A DNA stretch of 43,311 nucleotides. Source: Candidatus Sumerlaeaceae bacterium. GTDB taxonomy: Bacteria > Sumerlaeota > Sumerlaeia > Sumerlaeales > Sumerlaeaceae. Shown in pieces: positions 17,997 to 28,465 of this stretch (its first letter is position 1; each line of letters opens with the position of its first letter). The notes beneath the pieces are model-generated. The model had not been told where the DNA came from, did not search any database, and worked only from the letters and a program-made list of their open reading frames with translations. The DNA lies in assembly GCA_026419455.1 (NCBI GenBank), contig JANZZJ010000261.1, positions 1 through 43,311 on the forward strand, written 5' to 3'. A program made the position numbers and the translations under genes.

Positions 17997-19295
17997 ATGA
18001 CAGTCGTGGCAATGCTGTTGGCCGGCGGACAAGGATCTCGCCTTTCGATACTCTCGCAACACCGGGCAAAACCTGCTGTCCCGTTTGGTGGAAACTATCG
18101 GATTATTGATTTCACACTGAGCAACGTCATGCATGCGGAGATTCCCTACATAGGAATCCTTACGCAGTATAAGCCCTATTCGCTGATGGAGCATTTTGGA
18201 AATGGCGAGTGGTGGGGTTTTTCCGGACGTGGTAGAATAGGCCGCATTCTACCACCGGCAACAGGCGAAGAGGATAGCGATTGGTACGCAGGGACAGCAG
18301 ATGCCGTATGGCAAAATCGGAATTTCTTGGCCCGCTTCGATCCAGACCTTGTCCTGGTGCTTTCAGGAGACCACATTTACCGGATGGATTATGCGGACCT
18401 CATCGCATTTCATCGTGAGCGCAAGGCGGATTTGACAATTGCAATGCAGCGGGTGCCATGGGAGGAAACATCGCGGTTTGGCGTTGCGGAAACGGACAAA
18501 ACCGGCAGGATTATCCGCTTTCAAGAAAAGCCAAAGAAAGATCCTATTAGCAACTTAGCTTCGCTGGGGATCTACGTGTTCGACACGGACGTTTTGTTGC
18601 GGCGATTGGCTGAAGACTCTGAACGAGCCGACAGCAAGCATGATTTTGGAATGAACGTTATTCCTAGTATGCTTGGTCGCGACAAAGTTTTTGCTTACGA
18701 GTTTTCGGGTTATTGGCGCGACGTGGGTACTTTGCAGTCCTATTGGGACGCGAACATGGAATCGCTTGATCCGAATTCTGGCTTGGACTTGCTAGGCTGG
18801 CAGCTCCACACAAACTATTACGAGCCTCGCCCGCACAATGAGCTCCCACCGCGCGTTAGCCGAGGAGCAGTTGTTGAAGATAGTTACATTGCCCGTGGCT
18901 GCGTTGTGGAGGGAAAGGTTGTTCATTCTATCTTGTTTCCAGGTGTGCGCGTCGAGCGCGATGCTGTCATACGAGATTCGATTGTTATGAACAATTCGTG
19001 GGTCGGACCAGGGTGTGTGATCGAGCGAGCAATTCTCGATAAGAACGTTGAAGTGGCAGCTTGCTGCAAAATTGGTACTGGCGGCGAGAACGTGCCAAAC
19101 AAGCAGTTCCCGCATCTCCTCGATACGGGGTTGGTTGTGATTGGGAAAAATGCAAAACTTCCAGCTGGCCTGGAGATCGGCAAGAATGTTTTGATTTACC
19201 CCGACACTGCGCATTCGGATTTTGCCGCCGGCAAACTTGAATCGGGAACGACCATCTTTTCTTCGAAAAAAAGCAAAGGAGTCTTCGAGATTTGA
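17997..19295 (+). CDS. glgC: Glucose-1-phosphate adenylyltransferase
   Basis: LLAGGQGSRL, RAKPAVPFGG.YRIIDF, WYAGTADA, GDHIY.MDY, FQEKP and YWRDVGT motifs, plus a C-terminal beta-helix. GGAGG RBS before ATG 17997. Confidence 0.93.
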   Translation: MTVVAMLLAGGQGSRLSILSQHRAKPAVPFGGNYRIIDFTLSNVMHAEIPYIGILTQYKPYSLMEHFGNGEWWGFSGRGRIGRILPPATGEEDSDWYAGTADAVWQNRNFLARFDPDLVLVLSGDHIYRMDYADLIAFHRERKADLTIAMQRVPWEETSRFGVAETDKTGRIIRFQEKPKKDPISNLASLGIYVFDTDVLLRRLAEDSERADSKHDFGMNVIPSMLGRDKVFAYEFSGYWRDVGTLQSYWDANMESLDPNSGLDLLGWQLHTNYYEPRPHNELPPRVSRGAVVEDSYIARGCVVEGKVVHSILFPGVRVERDAVIRDSIVMNNSWVGPGCVIERAILDKNVEVAACCKIGTGGENVPNKQFPHLLDTGLVVIGKNAKLPAGLEIGKNVLIYPDTAHSDFAAGKLESGTTIFSSKKSKGVFEI

Positions 19296-20305
19296 AACCA
19301 CGTTTGTGGCGACATGGGCTCTCCATTCTTGTAGTGTTGAATTTGTGGGCGGCGCTCGTCGTGGTTGGCGAAGTGATTCAGAGCGGCCCATGGAGTGGGC
19401 GAACTCTCTTGCCAATTGGACCTAGCGATCCCGCAATTGCAGAAAGTGCATTTGCTGCAGCCATTGTGTGCCGCCATGCGAGCTCGAATTACGAAAGGTT
19501 AGCGCTTTTCGAGTCTCTGTCGCAAACGACGTCCACCATGGGGACGCCGTTCTTCGCTGTAATCCAGGTAGCAAACGAAGATCAGATTGATGTGGTCGAA
19601 GAGGTAGCGAATCAGCGAGGAATTCGAATTCCGCTCTTTGCGACAACGGATGATTTCCTTGGCAGCCGCGACTTTGCTGTGTTTCTTTTGACTCAAGGTA
19701 GAGTCGAAGAGATTCCGGAATTCAGCGCAGACAGGCTAGTGGGAGCAATTGCGTCGAAGCGCCCCTCTTTCTCTGCAGTGCAGGTTGGAGAGGCCCCAAC
19801 GACATCTTCGGTTGTGTTACCGGCAAGAAATCCCCTGTACGTGAATCAGCGCTACGAGTTTTCTGTGCGGTGGCCAAAGGGGTGGAATTATAAGATTGCG
19901 CGCAATAATGATGGGGCAGTGGGTGTGCCGCCCTCGGGGAGTGCCCTCGAGGCCCGTGTTTGGGCGGCACCGGAACTCAAAAGTAGCGATCCGACAGATC
20001 CCCCTGCATACGTTCAAATCAAAGATTATTTAAACTATCTAAAATCTCAGGCCCGCGGCGATATCAAAGTAGAAACGAAGCTTAAAGTGTTCGACGGCGA
20101 CATCGAGGGACGGGACTACACTTATACTTACATACGGGCAGGAAAGGATGGAAAGCCGGATGAAAAGTACAGGGGTCGCGTTCAGGCCTTTGTGGTTGAT
20201 GGTGTTGCCAAAATGATAAGCGTGGAGGGGCCTGAGGACGAGTTCAAGCGCGAGGAAGACACAATCGACAAGTTTATCTACTCATTTCACCCGACAATCG
20301 AATGA
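19292..20305 (+). CDS. Hypothetical exported protein, possibly with a PsbP-like C-terminal domain
   Basis: Start overlaps the glgC stop. Hydrophobic N-terminus; YVNQRYEFSVRWPKGW and a terminal FIYSF pattern are reminiscent of PsbP/DcrB-like domains. Confidence 0.65.
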   Translation: MKPRLWRHGLSILVVLNLWAALVVVGEVIQSGPWSGRTLLPIGPSDPAIAESAFAAAIVCRHASSNYERLALFESLSQTTSTMGTPFFAVIQVANEDQIDVVEEVANQRGIRIPLFATTDDFLGSRDFAVFLLTQGRVEEIPEFSADRLVGAIASKRPSFSAVQVGEAPTTSSVVLPARNPLYVNQRYEFSVRWPKGWNYKIARNNDGAVGVPPSGSALEARVWAAPELKSSDPTDPPAYVQIKDYLNYLKSQARGDIKVETKLKVFDGDIEGRDYTYTYIRAGKDGKPDEKYRGRVQAFVVDGVAKMISVEGPEDEFKREEDTIDKFIYSFHPTIE

Positions 20306-20367
20306 AAGTGGCCTGGCAACTCTCCGGCCTTCGTGTCCGTGCGGGGCATGGATGAGAAGGGGATGAG

Positions 20368-21180
20368 TTAGACGTTTAAGTCTCGCCGGAGAAAAACATA
20401 AAAGCCAACGGCAAGACACACGACAATGGCTGTGAGACTTGTTCCCAACATGTAGTAAGTGCTTTCCTGGAACCACGTCTCGTACATCCCCCCTATTTTC
20501 GCCAAGGCGATTTTCATCGGCTGGTCATAATACGTGCTGAACACGAATTGCCGAATTTCATACCCCCCAATGCTAATAAACTGTTTGGCCGCGGTGACTG
20601 TAAGGAGAAGTCCAAGTGCAATTCCTACGGCAGAGCCCCCTGAGCTAGCTAGAACGCTCACCAAAAAGGCAAATGCGATAGTTGCCAGTTGCGGGAGAAG
20701 CGACAACAGTATCCCCATAAAACAGAGCGCCATTTGGACGAGAAACGGAGGGGATTCGATCATAGCGTCGAAGCTAGTGCGCGTTGGGTAGCCCTGAGCA
20801 ATAAATGCGGCGACCACCGCATTGGCGACAAAAAGTAATACGAGGTAGAATACGGAAGAGAAAGCTTTTGCCACAAGGAAGTGGGTACGAGTCACCGGGC
20901 GAACCAGGATTGTTCGCAAGGTGCCCCCTGAAGTTTCCGAAGCTATACTAAGAGCAGCGTACACAGTAGCAAAGATGGGAGTGGTCAGCGTGGCGCTTAG
21001 AATGATGGAAGAGATGAAGTAAGTGAAAGATGTTACCTCACCAGGCTGGGCAAAGCTTTCCACACTTTGCTTTGCCACAAGTGCCATAAGCGCACTACAC
21101 GCCAGGCCTATGTATGGCAGTTTGGTCCGCCATACTTTCACCATTTCGCAGATAAACAGGCGCCGCACTTCCGATAACAT
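20368..21180 (-). CDS. ABC-2 type transporter permease
   Basis: About 6 TM segments, IASETSGGTLRTILVRPVTR...AK motif and FLRRDL terminus. Confidence 0.85.
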   Translation of the reverse strand: MLSEVRRLFICEMVKVWRTKLPYIGLACSALMALVAKQSVESFAQPGEVTSFTYFISSIILSATLTTPIFATVYAALSIASETSGGTLRTILVRPVTRTHFLVAKAFSSVFYLVLLFVANAVVAAFIAQGYPTRTSFDAMIESPPFLVQMALCFMGILLSLLPQLATIAFAFLVSVLASSGGSAVGIALGLLLTVTAAKQFISIGGYEIRQFVFSTYYDQPMKIALAKIGGMYETWFQESTYYMLGTSLTAIVVCLAVGFYVFLRRDLNV

Positions 21181-21411
21181 TCCGCTATCTAGGCTAAGAA
21201 CTTTGTGCGGTGCCTTGTAAAGCTAGAAAACAGGGCGTCCCAATTGAACGGAGGTGGCTTTAATGCCACGGGGGAATGGCAGAGCGGATTGAGGTCCACC
21301 ATTCGGTTTGCCAAGAAAGCAGAAAACGTTGATGCCGGGCCCTTAATTATACGCCGAATTTTAGAGTCTTCAAAATGAGAAGGAGTTCAACGGGTGGCCA
21401 TTCTGGGCAGG

Positions 21412-22191
21412 ATGATCATTGATACGCATGCGCATTTGCACGACCAAGAATTTGATTATGACTTCAGGGAAGCCCTAGAGAGGGCTAGCGAGGCGGGAGT
21501 TAGCCGCATCGTTCTTATAGGCGAAAATGTGCAAAACAGTGTGCGAGCTATCGAAAAAACTCAAATGGCACCGGCCAGGTGGGCAACAGTTGGAATCCAC
21601 CCCCACCACGCTAAGGAGTTTTCTGCTACTTCGATAAGTAAGCTGCGTGAGTTAGCAACCCACCATCGCGAAACGGTTGTTGCGATTGGCGAAATCGGTC
21701 TCGATTTCTATTATGATTTTTCACCGCAGGCAATACAGGAGCGGGCGTTTCGCGCACAGATTGAACTTGCTATGGAGTTGCAGCTGCCTGTGGTCATTCA
21801 TTGTCGAGAAGCCTACGACCAATCCCTAGAAATTTTGAGGAGTTATTGTGCCAGCTTTGGAAAAGCACCGTGGGGGGTCATGCACTGCTATTTTGGAACT
21901 GTTGAGCAGGCTTGGGAGTTTTTTGAATTGGGGATGCTCATCGGCGTAGGCGGTTCAGTGACATTCAAGAAGGCTGAGACAGTCCGCGCGGTTGTGCGAG
22001 AACTTCCTCTGGAAGCTTTCGTATTAGAAACCGATGCGCCATACCTTGCGCCTGTTCCCTACCGCGGCAAGCGCAATGAACCCAGCTTTCTGCCGCTCGT
22101 CGCTCAACGAGTCGCTGAAATCAAGGGCATAACCGCCGACGATGTTGCTACCGCGACAACGCAAAACGCACAAAGGTTGTTCTGGCCATGA
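21412..22191 (+). CDS. tatD: TatD-family deoxyribonuclease
   Basis: IDTHAHL, GIHPH, AIGEIGLDF, IHCREA, HCY, LETDAPYLAP and RGKRNEP motifs. Confidence 0.93.
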   Translation: MIIDTHAHLHDQEFDYDFREALERASEAGVSRIVLIGENVQNSVRAIEKTQMAPARWATVGIHPHHAKEFSATSISKLRELATHHRETVVAIGEIGLDFYYDFSPQAIQERAFRAQIELAMELQLPVVIHCREAYDQSLEILRSYCASFGKAPWGVMHCYFGTVEQAWEFFELGMLIGVGGSVTFKKAETVRAVVRELPLEAFVLETDAPYLAPVPYRGKRNEPSFLPLVAQRVAEIKGITADDVATATTQNAQRLFWP

Positions 22192-22834
22192 AAGACAAAC
22201 ACGCGATTTCTGATCGAGGGCAGACCCTTGCAAAGACACGCATGGGGCCATCGGCTTCCCGTTGCACCACATAGCACCCACACTCGTTTAATGCTAATTC
22301 AAAACGGCTAGGCGTATGCCCACCGGTCTTTTGCCAGACTGACAAATACCACCGTTTCTTTACCAGCAGTAAGATCAAAACAAGATAACCAATAATTGTG
22401 GACTGCTCGTGCGGATGTCTTGATGCCCCAAAAGGGGGTGATAAGGCGATTTCTTGTCACCGTTTTCGCTGGAGACAACCCCTATATCTGCCTCTTCAGG
22501 GACCTGCTTTGGGAACACGGGCATTGCAGGCTTGGTCATGTGTGGTGCCAGAATGGATCTCTACAAGGCATCTCGGCGAGATTTCTATGAGAAGCTAGAA
22601 CTGGACGTTATTCTTCAGGTCGATGCGCACTGCTAGTGCGCCTTCAGAATACTCTTTGTGTATAAGATCATAACATGTGCCCCCTGAAAACGTCGAATAC
22701 AAAATAAAGCTTGGGTTCGGCCGGCCTACGGCGAACAAACTTCATAAAGTGCGTTTTCGAAAACAGAATTGCATCGAAAAATGTTTCACAAGGTTTTGCA
22801 ATTCGGCAAAGGGTATCCGCGATGAATGATCCCT

Positions 22835-25420
22835 TTAATCGTTTTTGGTCGGCATCTTCGAGGTCCGTCGGTAAAGAACATTTTTATTGGGCGGAATTGA
22901 ATGGTACGCAAGTCCATCGCGCCAGCTCCGCTGGGACGAGTCGCTGCGAAAAATTTCGCGAAAATACTCCTGCCCAATAAGTTCGTCCATTCCGAGCCAT
23001 GAATTCGCGCGGTGCTTGTCTTCATTGGGCACGTAGAGGTAATATTTTATCCCTAGTGAGTCGAGAATCCGAACCCGCTCCTCAATGGGCTTATGGTAGG
23101 CCTTCTGCACCTCCCAGTCGTCAAGATGAACGATTCGTATTTGTGGCTCGAGGAGGAGGTGACGGTTTTCATGGGTAAGGACCGTTGTTCCAGGTGCGAG
23201 AGAATTGACCTGGCGAAACATAAGCATGTCGCCGTTGAACTCCATACGGTAAAAGAGATCTCGATCTATGAAAAGATTTTTTAGGGCAGAGAGAGTAATT
23301 TGAGAGTAATTCTGAGTGCCGAGAGTTCCGCTCGTTTTGAGCTTGAATCCCATGAGTGCCATCAACAGGCCCGGCGCCAGACCAATAATGAGGGTTGCAG
23401 CATAAAGTTGGCGACGTGTTCCGACTGTCGGGCATAATTCGAAAACCCTCGCGGCGAAGATTGCGAAAAGAGGCAAGATGACGATGATCTGGTACAGATA
23501 CATGTCGGCGACAGCATAAGCATAAAACCAGAGGAGACAAAAAAGGAGTGCCGCACACAGGGAAAACTTAGTCCAATCGTCCCAAATTACCGGTAGATCA
23601 TCTTCCTCCTGTCCCTGTCTACGCCCCCGCCGACGCTTCTCGGCGCGGATTAAAAAACCAGAAAGAAAGAGGACAAATCCTGAGGCCACAAAAGCCATGA
23701 AAACTGGGCCAAGTTTCCAGTGATGAGGCCCTGTGACGAAATAATACCACGAATTTAGAATTTTTTCGGCGAGGGTGCTTCCTACCCGGCTAAGCCCATC
23801 GCCATTGAGCCGCCACTCCACTTCCGCGGACTTCATGACTTCTGGATTAACATTTTTACTAGGGAAAATGTTATAAAAGAAAGCATAGACGGGGTTCCCT
23901 GTCACAACTATGTTGCGAATGTACCATGGAGAGGCGATTAGGAGAGAGAGCGCAACAGTTACGACGAACTGACCTGACCTGAAGAACTTGCGAAGTTGTA
24001 GCCGCTCGGTCATCTGTAGCTCCTGCCAGGCCTTTTGGTCGTAGGGAACAAGCTGGATCTCGCCCGTAGCACTCCAGTCATCCTCCCAATCTTCTTCAGC
24101 CCATCGCTTGGGAGTAATGGCTGAAAGACGATCCACCAGTTGCTCGCAGGAGCCGCCTCGAACGTGGGCAAGGGCAGTCGCAAGTAATGCCACAGGCCAA
24201 AGCACCCACATCAAATAATTTATATGAACCGCAAAGGCAGGAATGAGCCACAGGAGCAATAACGCCTGATATGTTCCCCTGGTTATGTATTGGGCGGCGG
24301 CATACAGAAAGGCAGCGGTGTAGAGGATTGCCACAGCATAGTCGCTGGCATATTGAAAATAGGCGATCCCATAGGGAACGGCCCGAAACAGCAGTGCACA
24401 CGAGGCGGAGAGCAACTTATCTCGGGTGAACTCGAGGACTATAGCGTAGACGAGAATCGTAGCAGCTAGTCCCACCACAGGCGGTAGCAGTTGGGCGTAA
24501 ACGTCGTGCCACTCGCCAACAAGGGTTGCTGTTTGCGCTGTGAGAAGAGGATACAAATGCGGATAATTTGCGCCAAGCCCTATGCCTACTTGGCCGCAGA
24601 CTTTAATGGGAAAAGAGTGCTGCAAAAACATCATGCGGGCATAGCCCACGTATAAGATGAGCGAATCCCAGTAAGTTTCGGGCAAGCCCACGGCATGGAG
24701 CATCACAAGTAAGGAAATCACACCAATGAGCAACCAGGTGCCTAAGTAATAGAGGCCCTCAGTTTGGTTAGTGGGCGCGAGGCTATTGCGACGGAAATAG
24801 GCAATGGCATTTCCCCGCCTGCGGTCCCGAACGAACTGTCCTTCCTCATGGGGATATAGGGGATCTGGGCGCCGCCGCCGCCACCACCTGATTCCTCCGG
24901 CGAGAACAAAGAGCAAAACCCACACGACGAGGACAATCGGTTGGTATAGCGCCTTGACGAGCGTGACCAATTCAAACGTCACACCAGCGACCCCCGAGCC
25001 AACGACCAGCGCGATACAGGCACGAGGTATAGTTGGCATGCAATCTTCGAACCAATCGAGGATAAGCCAACCAAGAATAATATAAAAGGTAATCATCAGA
25101 GCCGAAACGGTCAGCGCAAACCATGGGATATTGTCCCACCAAATGCGATAAGGACCTTGAAAAAGGCTTTGAATAATAAGGGGATAGGCGCCGGGGCTCG
25201 TTTGGTCACCGATAAGGAAAGGCGGAATGAGGCGTCCGATGCTCGGCCAGTACGAAACAAGGCCGGAAAACCGTAGCAGTCCTTCGCGCGCAAGAAAGTA
25301 GATGAGGAGAATCCAAATCCATGCTAGCACGACCGCGCGCGCCGTGCGCACCCCGATGTCTTCGCGGTACGCGACCTGCTGCCTTTCCGTTCTCTGTGTT
25401 TCCAGTGGAGAGTTTTCCAT
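22835..25420 (-). CDS. Large polytopic membrane protein, probable GT-C (ArnT/PMT-like) glycosyltransferase
   Basis: More than 12 hydrophobic segments, with WDSLILY in an early loop, YPHLYP and PWYIRN..TGNPVY motifs typical of GT-C-like proteins. Confidence 0.7.
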   Translation of the reverse strand: MENSPLETQRTERQQVAYREDIGVRTARAVVLAWIWILLIYFLAREGLLRFSGLVSYWPSIGRLIPPFLIGDQTSPGAYPLIIQSLFQGPYRIWWDNIPWFALTVSALMITFYIILGWLILDWFEDCMPTIPRACIALVVGSGVAGVTFELVTLVKALYQPIVLVVWVLLFVLAGGIRWWRRRRPDPLYPHEEGQFVRDRRRGNAIAYFRRNSLAPTNQTEGLYYLGTWLLIGVISLLVMLHAVGLPETYWDSLILYVGYARMMFLQHSFPIKVCGQVGIGLGANYPHLYPLLTAQTATLVGEWHDVYAQLLPPVVGLAATILVYAIVLEFTRDKLLSASCALLFRAVPYGIAYFQYASDYAVAILYTAAFLYAAAQYITRGTYQALLLLWLIPAFAVHINYLMWVLWPVALLATALAHVRGGSCEQLVDRLSAITPKRWAEEDWEDDWSATGEIQLVPYDQKAWQELQMTERLQLRKFFRSGQFVVTVALSLLIASPWYIRNIVVTGNPVYAFFYNIFPSKNVNPEVMKSAEVEWRLNGDGLSRVGSTLAEKILNSWYYFVTGPHHWKLGPVFMAFVASGFVLFLSGFLIRAEKRRRGRRQGQEEDDLPVIWDDWTKFSLCAALLFCLLWFYAYAVADMYLYQIIVILPLFAIFAARVFELCPTVGTRRQLYAATLIIGLAPGLLMALMGFKLKTSGTLGTQNYSQITLSALKNLFIDRDLFYRMEFNGDMLMFRQVNSLAPGTTVLTHENRHLLLEPQIRIVHLDDWEVQKAYHKPIEERVRILDSLGIKYYLYVPNEDKHRANSWLGMDELIGQEYFREIFRSDSSQRSWRDGLAYHSIPPNKNVLYRRTSKMPTKND

Positions 25421-25553
25421 CGTATCTTTATTTGCGCAACTTCAACTGTGGTTCTACGAAAAAATGTCGTGATAAAAACATTGCACGGATTTTATGGGTC
25501 AACCGTATTGACGTAGAGTAATGTGAGAAAAGCGCCAGCAAAGGAGGTCACAG

Positions 25554-25862
25554 ATGCGGAATCCGCGTCACGGCAATTTAGCCTTTTTATCAGCGGTCCT
25601 TCGTGTGATTGGAATACTGCTGATCATTGCTGGATTCTGCCATGCAGCTGTGTATTTTGCACTCCAGTACAAGACGGCGCCTTCGCTAATGGAGCTTGTG
25701 GTGGGAACAGTAGGCAGACTAATGCGCAGTTTACTGACGGGCGTTTTGGCCATGGCTGTGGCACAGGCTTTTTTAGTCCTACTCGACATTGAAGAAAGTG
25801 TCCGGCGCACAGCCGACGCCGTCGAGGGGAAGAAAACGGTCCCTACCCCACGCATGGAGTAA
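25554..25862 (+). CDS. Small two-TM membrane protein
   Basis: Strong RBS AAGGAGGT, two hydrophobic segments and a C-terminal LLDIEE..RRTA. Confidence 0.8.
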   Translation: MRNPRHGNLAFLSAVLRVIGILLIIAGFCHAAVYFALQYKTAPSLMELVVGTVGRLMRSLLTGVLAMAVAQAFLVLLDIEESVRRTADAVEGKKTVPTPRME

Positions 25863-25904
25863 TGAGACCAGGAAAGGCAGAGAGATTGAAAGGAGCGGCT
25901 TGAT

Positions 25905-26876
25905 TTGACTCATGTATTAGTCACCGGAGGCGCAGGTTTCATTGGGTCCCATCTCGTGGAAGCCTTGTTGGCGCGTGGGTATGAAGTCACTGCCATTGAC
26001 GACCTCTCGACGGGCAGTATTCGAAACCTCGACGAAGCCCGCAAACACAAGAGGTTTTCGTACTACATTGACTCAGTCATGAATGAGCGTCTGATGGCAG
26101 AATTGATTGATCGCGCAGACATGGTCTACCATTTGGCTGCAGCCGTGGGCGTGCGGCTCATTGTAGAGAAGCCCGTGCACACAATTGAGACTAACATCCG
26201 TGGCACCGAAATTGTTCTCGAGCTAGCCGCCCGCAAAAGAAAAACTGTCCTCATCACGTCAACCAGTGAGGTCTACGGGAAGAGTTCCAAGGTACCGTTC
26301 AACGAAAACGACGATTTGGTGCTGGGCTCCACTACCCGGCCACGGTGGGCCTACGCGTGCTCTAAGGCTATAGATGAGTTTCTTGGATTAGCCTATTATC
26401 GTGAATTCGGCATGCCCGTGGTGATTGTGCGCTTATTTAATACCGTGGGGCCACGCCAGACAGGCCAATATGGGATGGTAGTTCCGCGATTTGTGACGCA
26501 AGCGTTAAAAGGCGAACCGCTTACGGTGTATGGGGACGGGACGCAAACGCGCGCATTCGCGTACGTTGGAGACGTCGTCGAAGCGATGATCGCGCTTACG
26601 GAGAACTCGCTAGCTTATGGACAAGTGTTCAACATTGGAAACGACAAGGAGATCTCCATTGCCGAGCTGGCGCAACTCGTCATCCAACGGACCGCAAGCA
26701 CAAGTCCAATAGAGTACATTCCTTTTGAAAAAGCTTACGATGAGAACTTTGAAGACCTTCAGCGGCGGGTGCCAGACCTGACAAAAGTCCGCAAACTTAT
26801 TAACTATACTCCGAAGGTCTGTATTGAGGAGATCATTGATAGAGTTGCAGCGTCAGTGAGGTCAACGCTTCGATGA
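25905..26876 (+). CDS. NAD-dependent nucleotide-sugar epimerase/dehydratase (extended SDR)
   Basis: TGGAGFIGSH, STSEVYG, YACSK, RLFNTVGP and GDGTQTRAF motifs. Confidence 0.92.
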   Translation: MTHVLVTGGAGFIGSHLVEALLARGYEVTAIDDLSTGSIRNLDEARKHKRFSYYIDSVMNERLMAELIDRADMVYHLAAAVGVRLIVEKPVHTIETNIRGTEIVLELAARKRKTVLITSTSEVYGKSSKVPFNENDDLVLGSTTRPRWAYACSKAIDEFLGLAYYREFGMPVVIVRLFNTVGPRQTGQYGMVVPRFVTQALKGEPLTVYGDGTQTRAFAYVGDVVEAMIALTENSLAYGQVFNIGNDKEISIAELAQLVIQRTASTSPIEYIPFEKAYDENFEDLQRRVPDLTKVRKLINYTPKVCIEEIIDRVAASVRSTLR

Positions 26877-28381
26877 GCAAGAACAAGAAAACGAATGTGC
26901 AAGTCTGGGGCGAGCGAATGAAGGAGCCGCCGGATTCGGCAACGGTTGCTTATTGCGCAGGCCGCGATGTGGCGGCGCGCCCCATGGCTGATGCAGTGCT
27001 CGTACCCTATGACCTTTGGCAGAATCGCGCCCATGTCACAATGCTTGCCCGCCAAAAGATCATCGAATCACCGGCAGCGATTCGTATTCTTCAGGCCCTC
27101 AGCGATTTCGAGCGACGTTGGTTTGAAGGAAAGATTGCACTCGACCCGCAGAAAGAAGATGTTCATATCAATATTGAACACTTCGTTGCCGCCCTGGTGG
27201 GGGAAAACGTTGCGGGCAAATTGCACACGGCTCGCAGTCGCAACGACCAGTCAGCCACGGTGGTGCGCATGTACGTGCGCGACCAGCTTCTGAGCTTCGG
27301 CGAAAATCTATGCCGGACGACCGAGGCCGTGGTCCAACTTGCTAGTCGCCATCTCAAAACTGTTGTTGCCGGATTGACCCATTACCAGCCAGCGAGCGTG
27401 ACGACGTTTGGCCATTGGTTCGCTTCCTACGCTCAGGCTTTGCTGCGCGACACTGAGCGAATATTGGCAAGTTACGATCGGATCAATGTTTCGCCTCTGG
27501 GCGCAGCAGCATCATTTGGAACGTCGTGGCCGATTGATCGTCATTTCGCGGCGAAGTGCCTTGGTTTCGCTGATGTGCAGGAGAATTCCTTGGACTGCAT
27601 TACCAATCGGTGGGAAATGGAGGCCGATGCGGCGTCGGCGGTGGCTTTTGCGATGACGCATTTGAGTATCATGGCCCAGGACTTGATTTTGCTAAGTCAG
27701 CCACAGTATGGTCTTTTGGAACTGGCGGACCGGCATACCACAGGAAGCTCCATTATGCCGCAGAAACGGAATCCGGATTTTGCCGAGGTGACACGTGCCA
27801 AGACTGTGGTTGTCCAACAGCTCATGACGGCGTTGCTGGGGATTGCGAGGGGACTGGTATCGGGCTACAACCGCGACACCCAATGGACAAAGTATCTCAT
27901 TATGGATATTTTCGCAGAAGTGGAAACCGCACCCGCAGTCTTTCGGTCGGTATTTGAAACTTTGCGCATCAACAAAGAGCGTGCCTACGCGACAGCGTCT
28001 GCGCACTTTGTTAATGCCGTCGATGTAGCTGACACCCTCGCCCGTCAAACAGAATTGTCGTTCCGCGAAGCTTACAAAATTATTTCGCGCGCGGTGCGGG
28101 AATGCGAAGCGAGCGGGGCTTTGGACAACGAAACCGTTTTAAATCTTTGCCGCGAAGAGGCTCAACAGCTCCCAAGTGGCCCGGTGGTATGCGATCCACT
28201 CTCTGTTGTCGGCCAGAAAAACCACGTCGGGGGCCCTGCTCCCGAAGCAGTAGGTGAAACGCTGAGGAGGCTCAAGACGAATGCCCGAGCGCTGGCAAGA
28301 GAATTTGCGGTGCGTCGGCGACACCTGGAACGCGCGCAAGAGTACTTGAGACAGGCTATAAGTAGGCTCAAGGCGAACTGA
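26873..28381 (+). CDS. argH: Argininosuccinate lyase
   Basis: EDVH, LHTARSRNDQ, THYQPA, SPLGAAA and GSSIMPQKRNPD signature, plus GYNRD. Confidence 0.9.
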   Translation: MSKNKKTNVQVWGERMKEPPDSATVAYCAGRDVAARPMADAVLVPYDLWQNRAHVTMLARQKIIESPAAIRILQALSDFERRWFEGKIALDPQKEDVHINIEHFVAALVGENVAGKLHTARSRNDQSATVVRMYVRDQLLSFGENLCRTTEAVVQLASRHLKTVVAGLTHYQPASVTTFGHWFASYAQALLRDTERILASYDRINVSPLGAAASFGTSWPIDRHFAAKCLGFADVQENSLDCITNRWEMEADAASAVAFAMTHLSIMAQDLILLSQPQYGLLELADRHTTGSSIMPQKRNPDFAEVTRAKTVVVQQLMTALLGIARGLVSGYNRDTQWTKYLIMDIFAEVETAPAVFRSVFETLRINKERAYATASAHFVNAVDVADTLARQTELSFREAYKIISRAVRECEASGALDNETVLNLCREEAQQLPSGPVVCDPLSVVGQKNHVGGPAPEAVGETLRRLKTNARALAREFAVRRRHLERAQEYLRQAISRLKAN

Positions 28382-28465
28382 CTTTGGGGCGCGCCAGCAA
28401 GCGAACATTTGCTTCCCAGCACTGGCATGGCACTGCTAGTATACTTTGAGGGAATGGTGCCAGTG

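Noticed and set aside
22396-22636. Short overlapping ORFs in the gap after tatD
   Set aside because: 60-66 aa, mutually overlapping, with no clear RBS or family motif.
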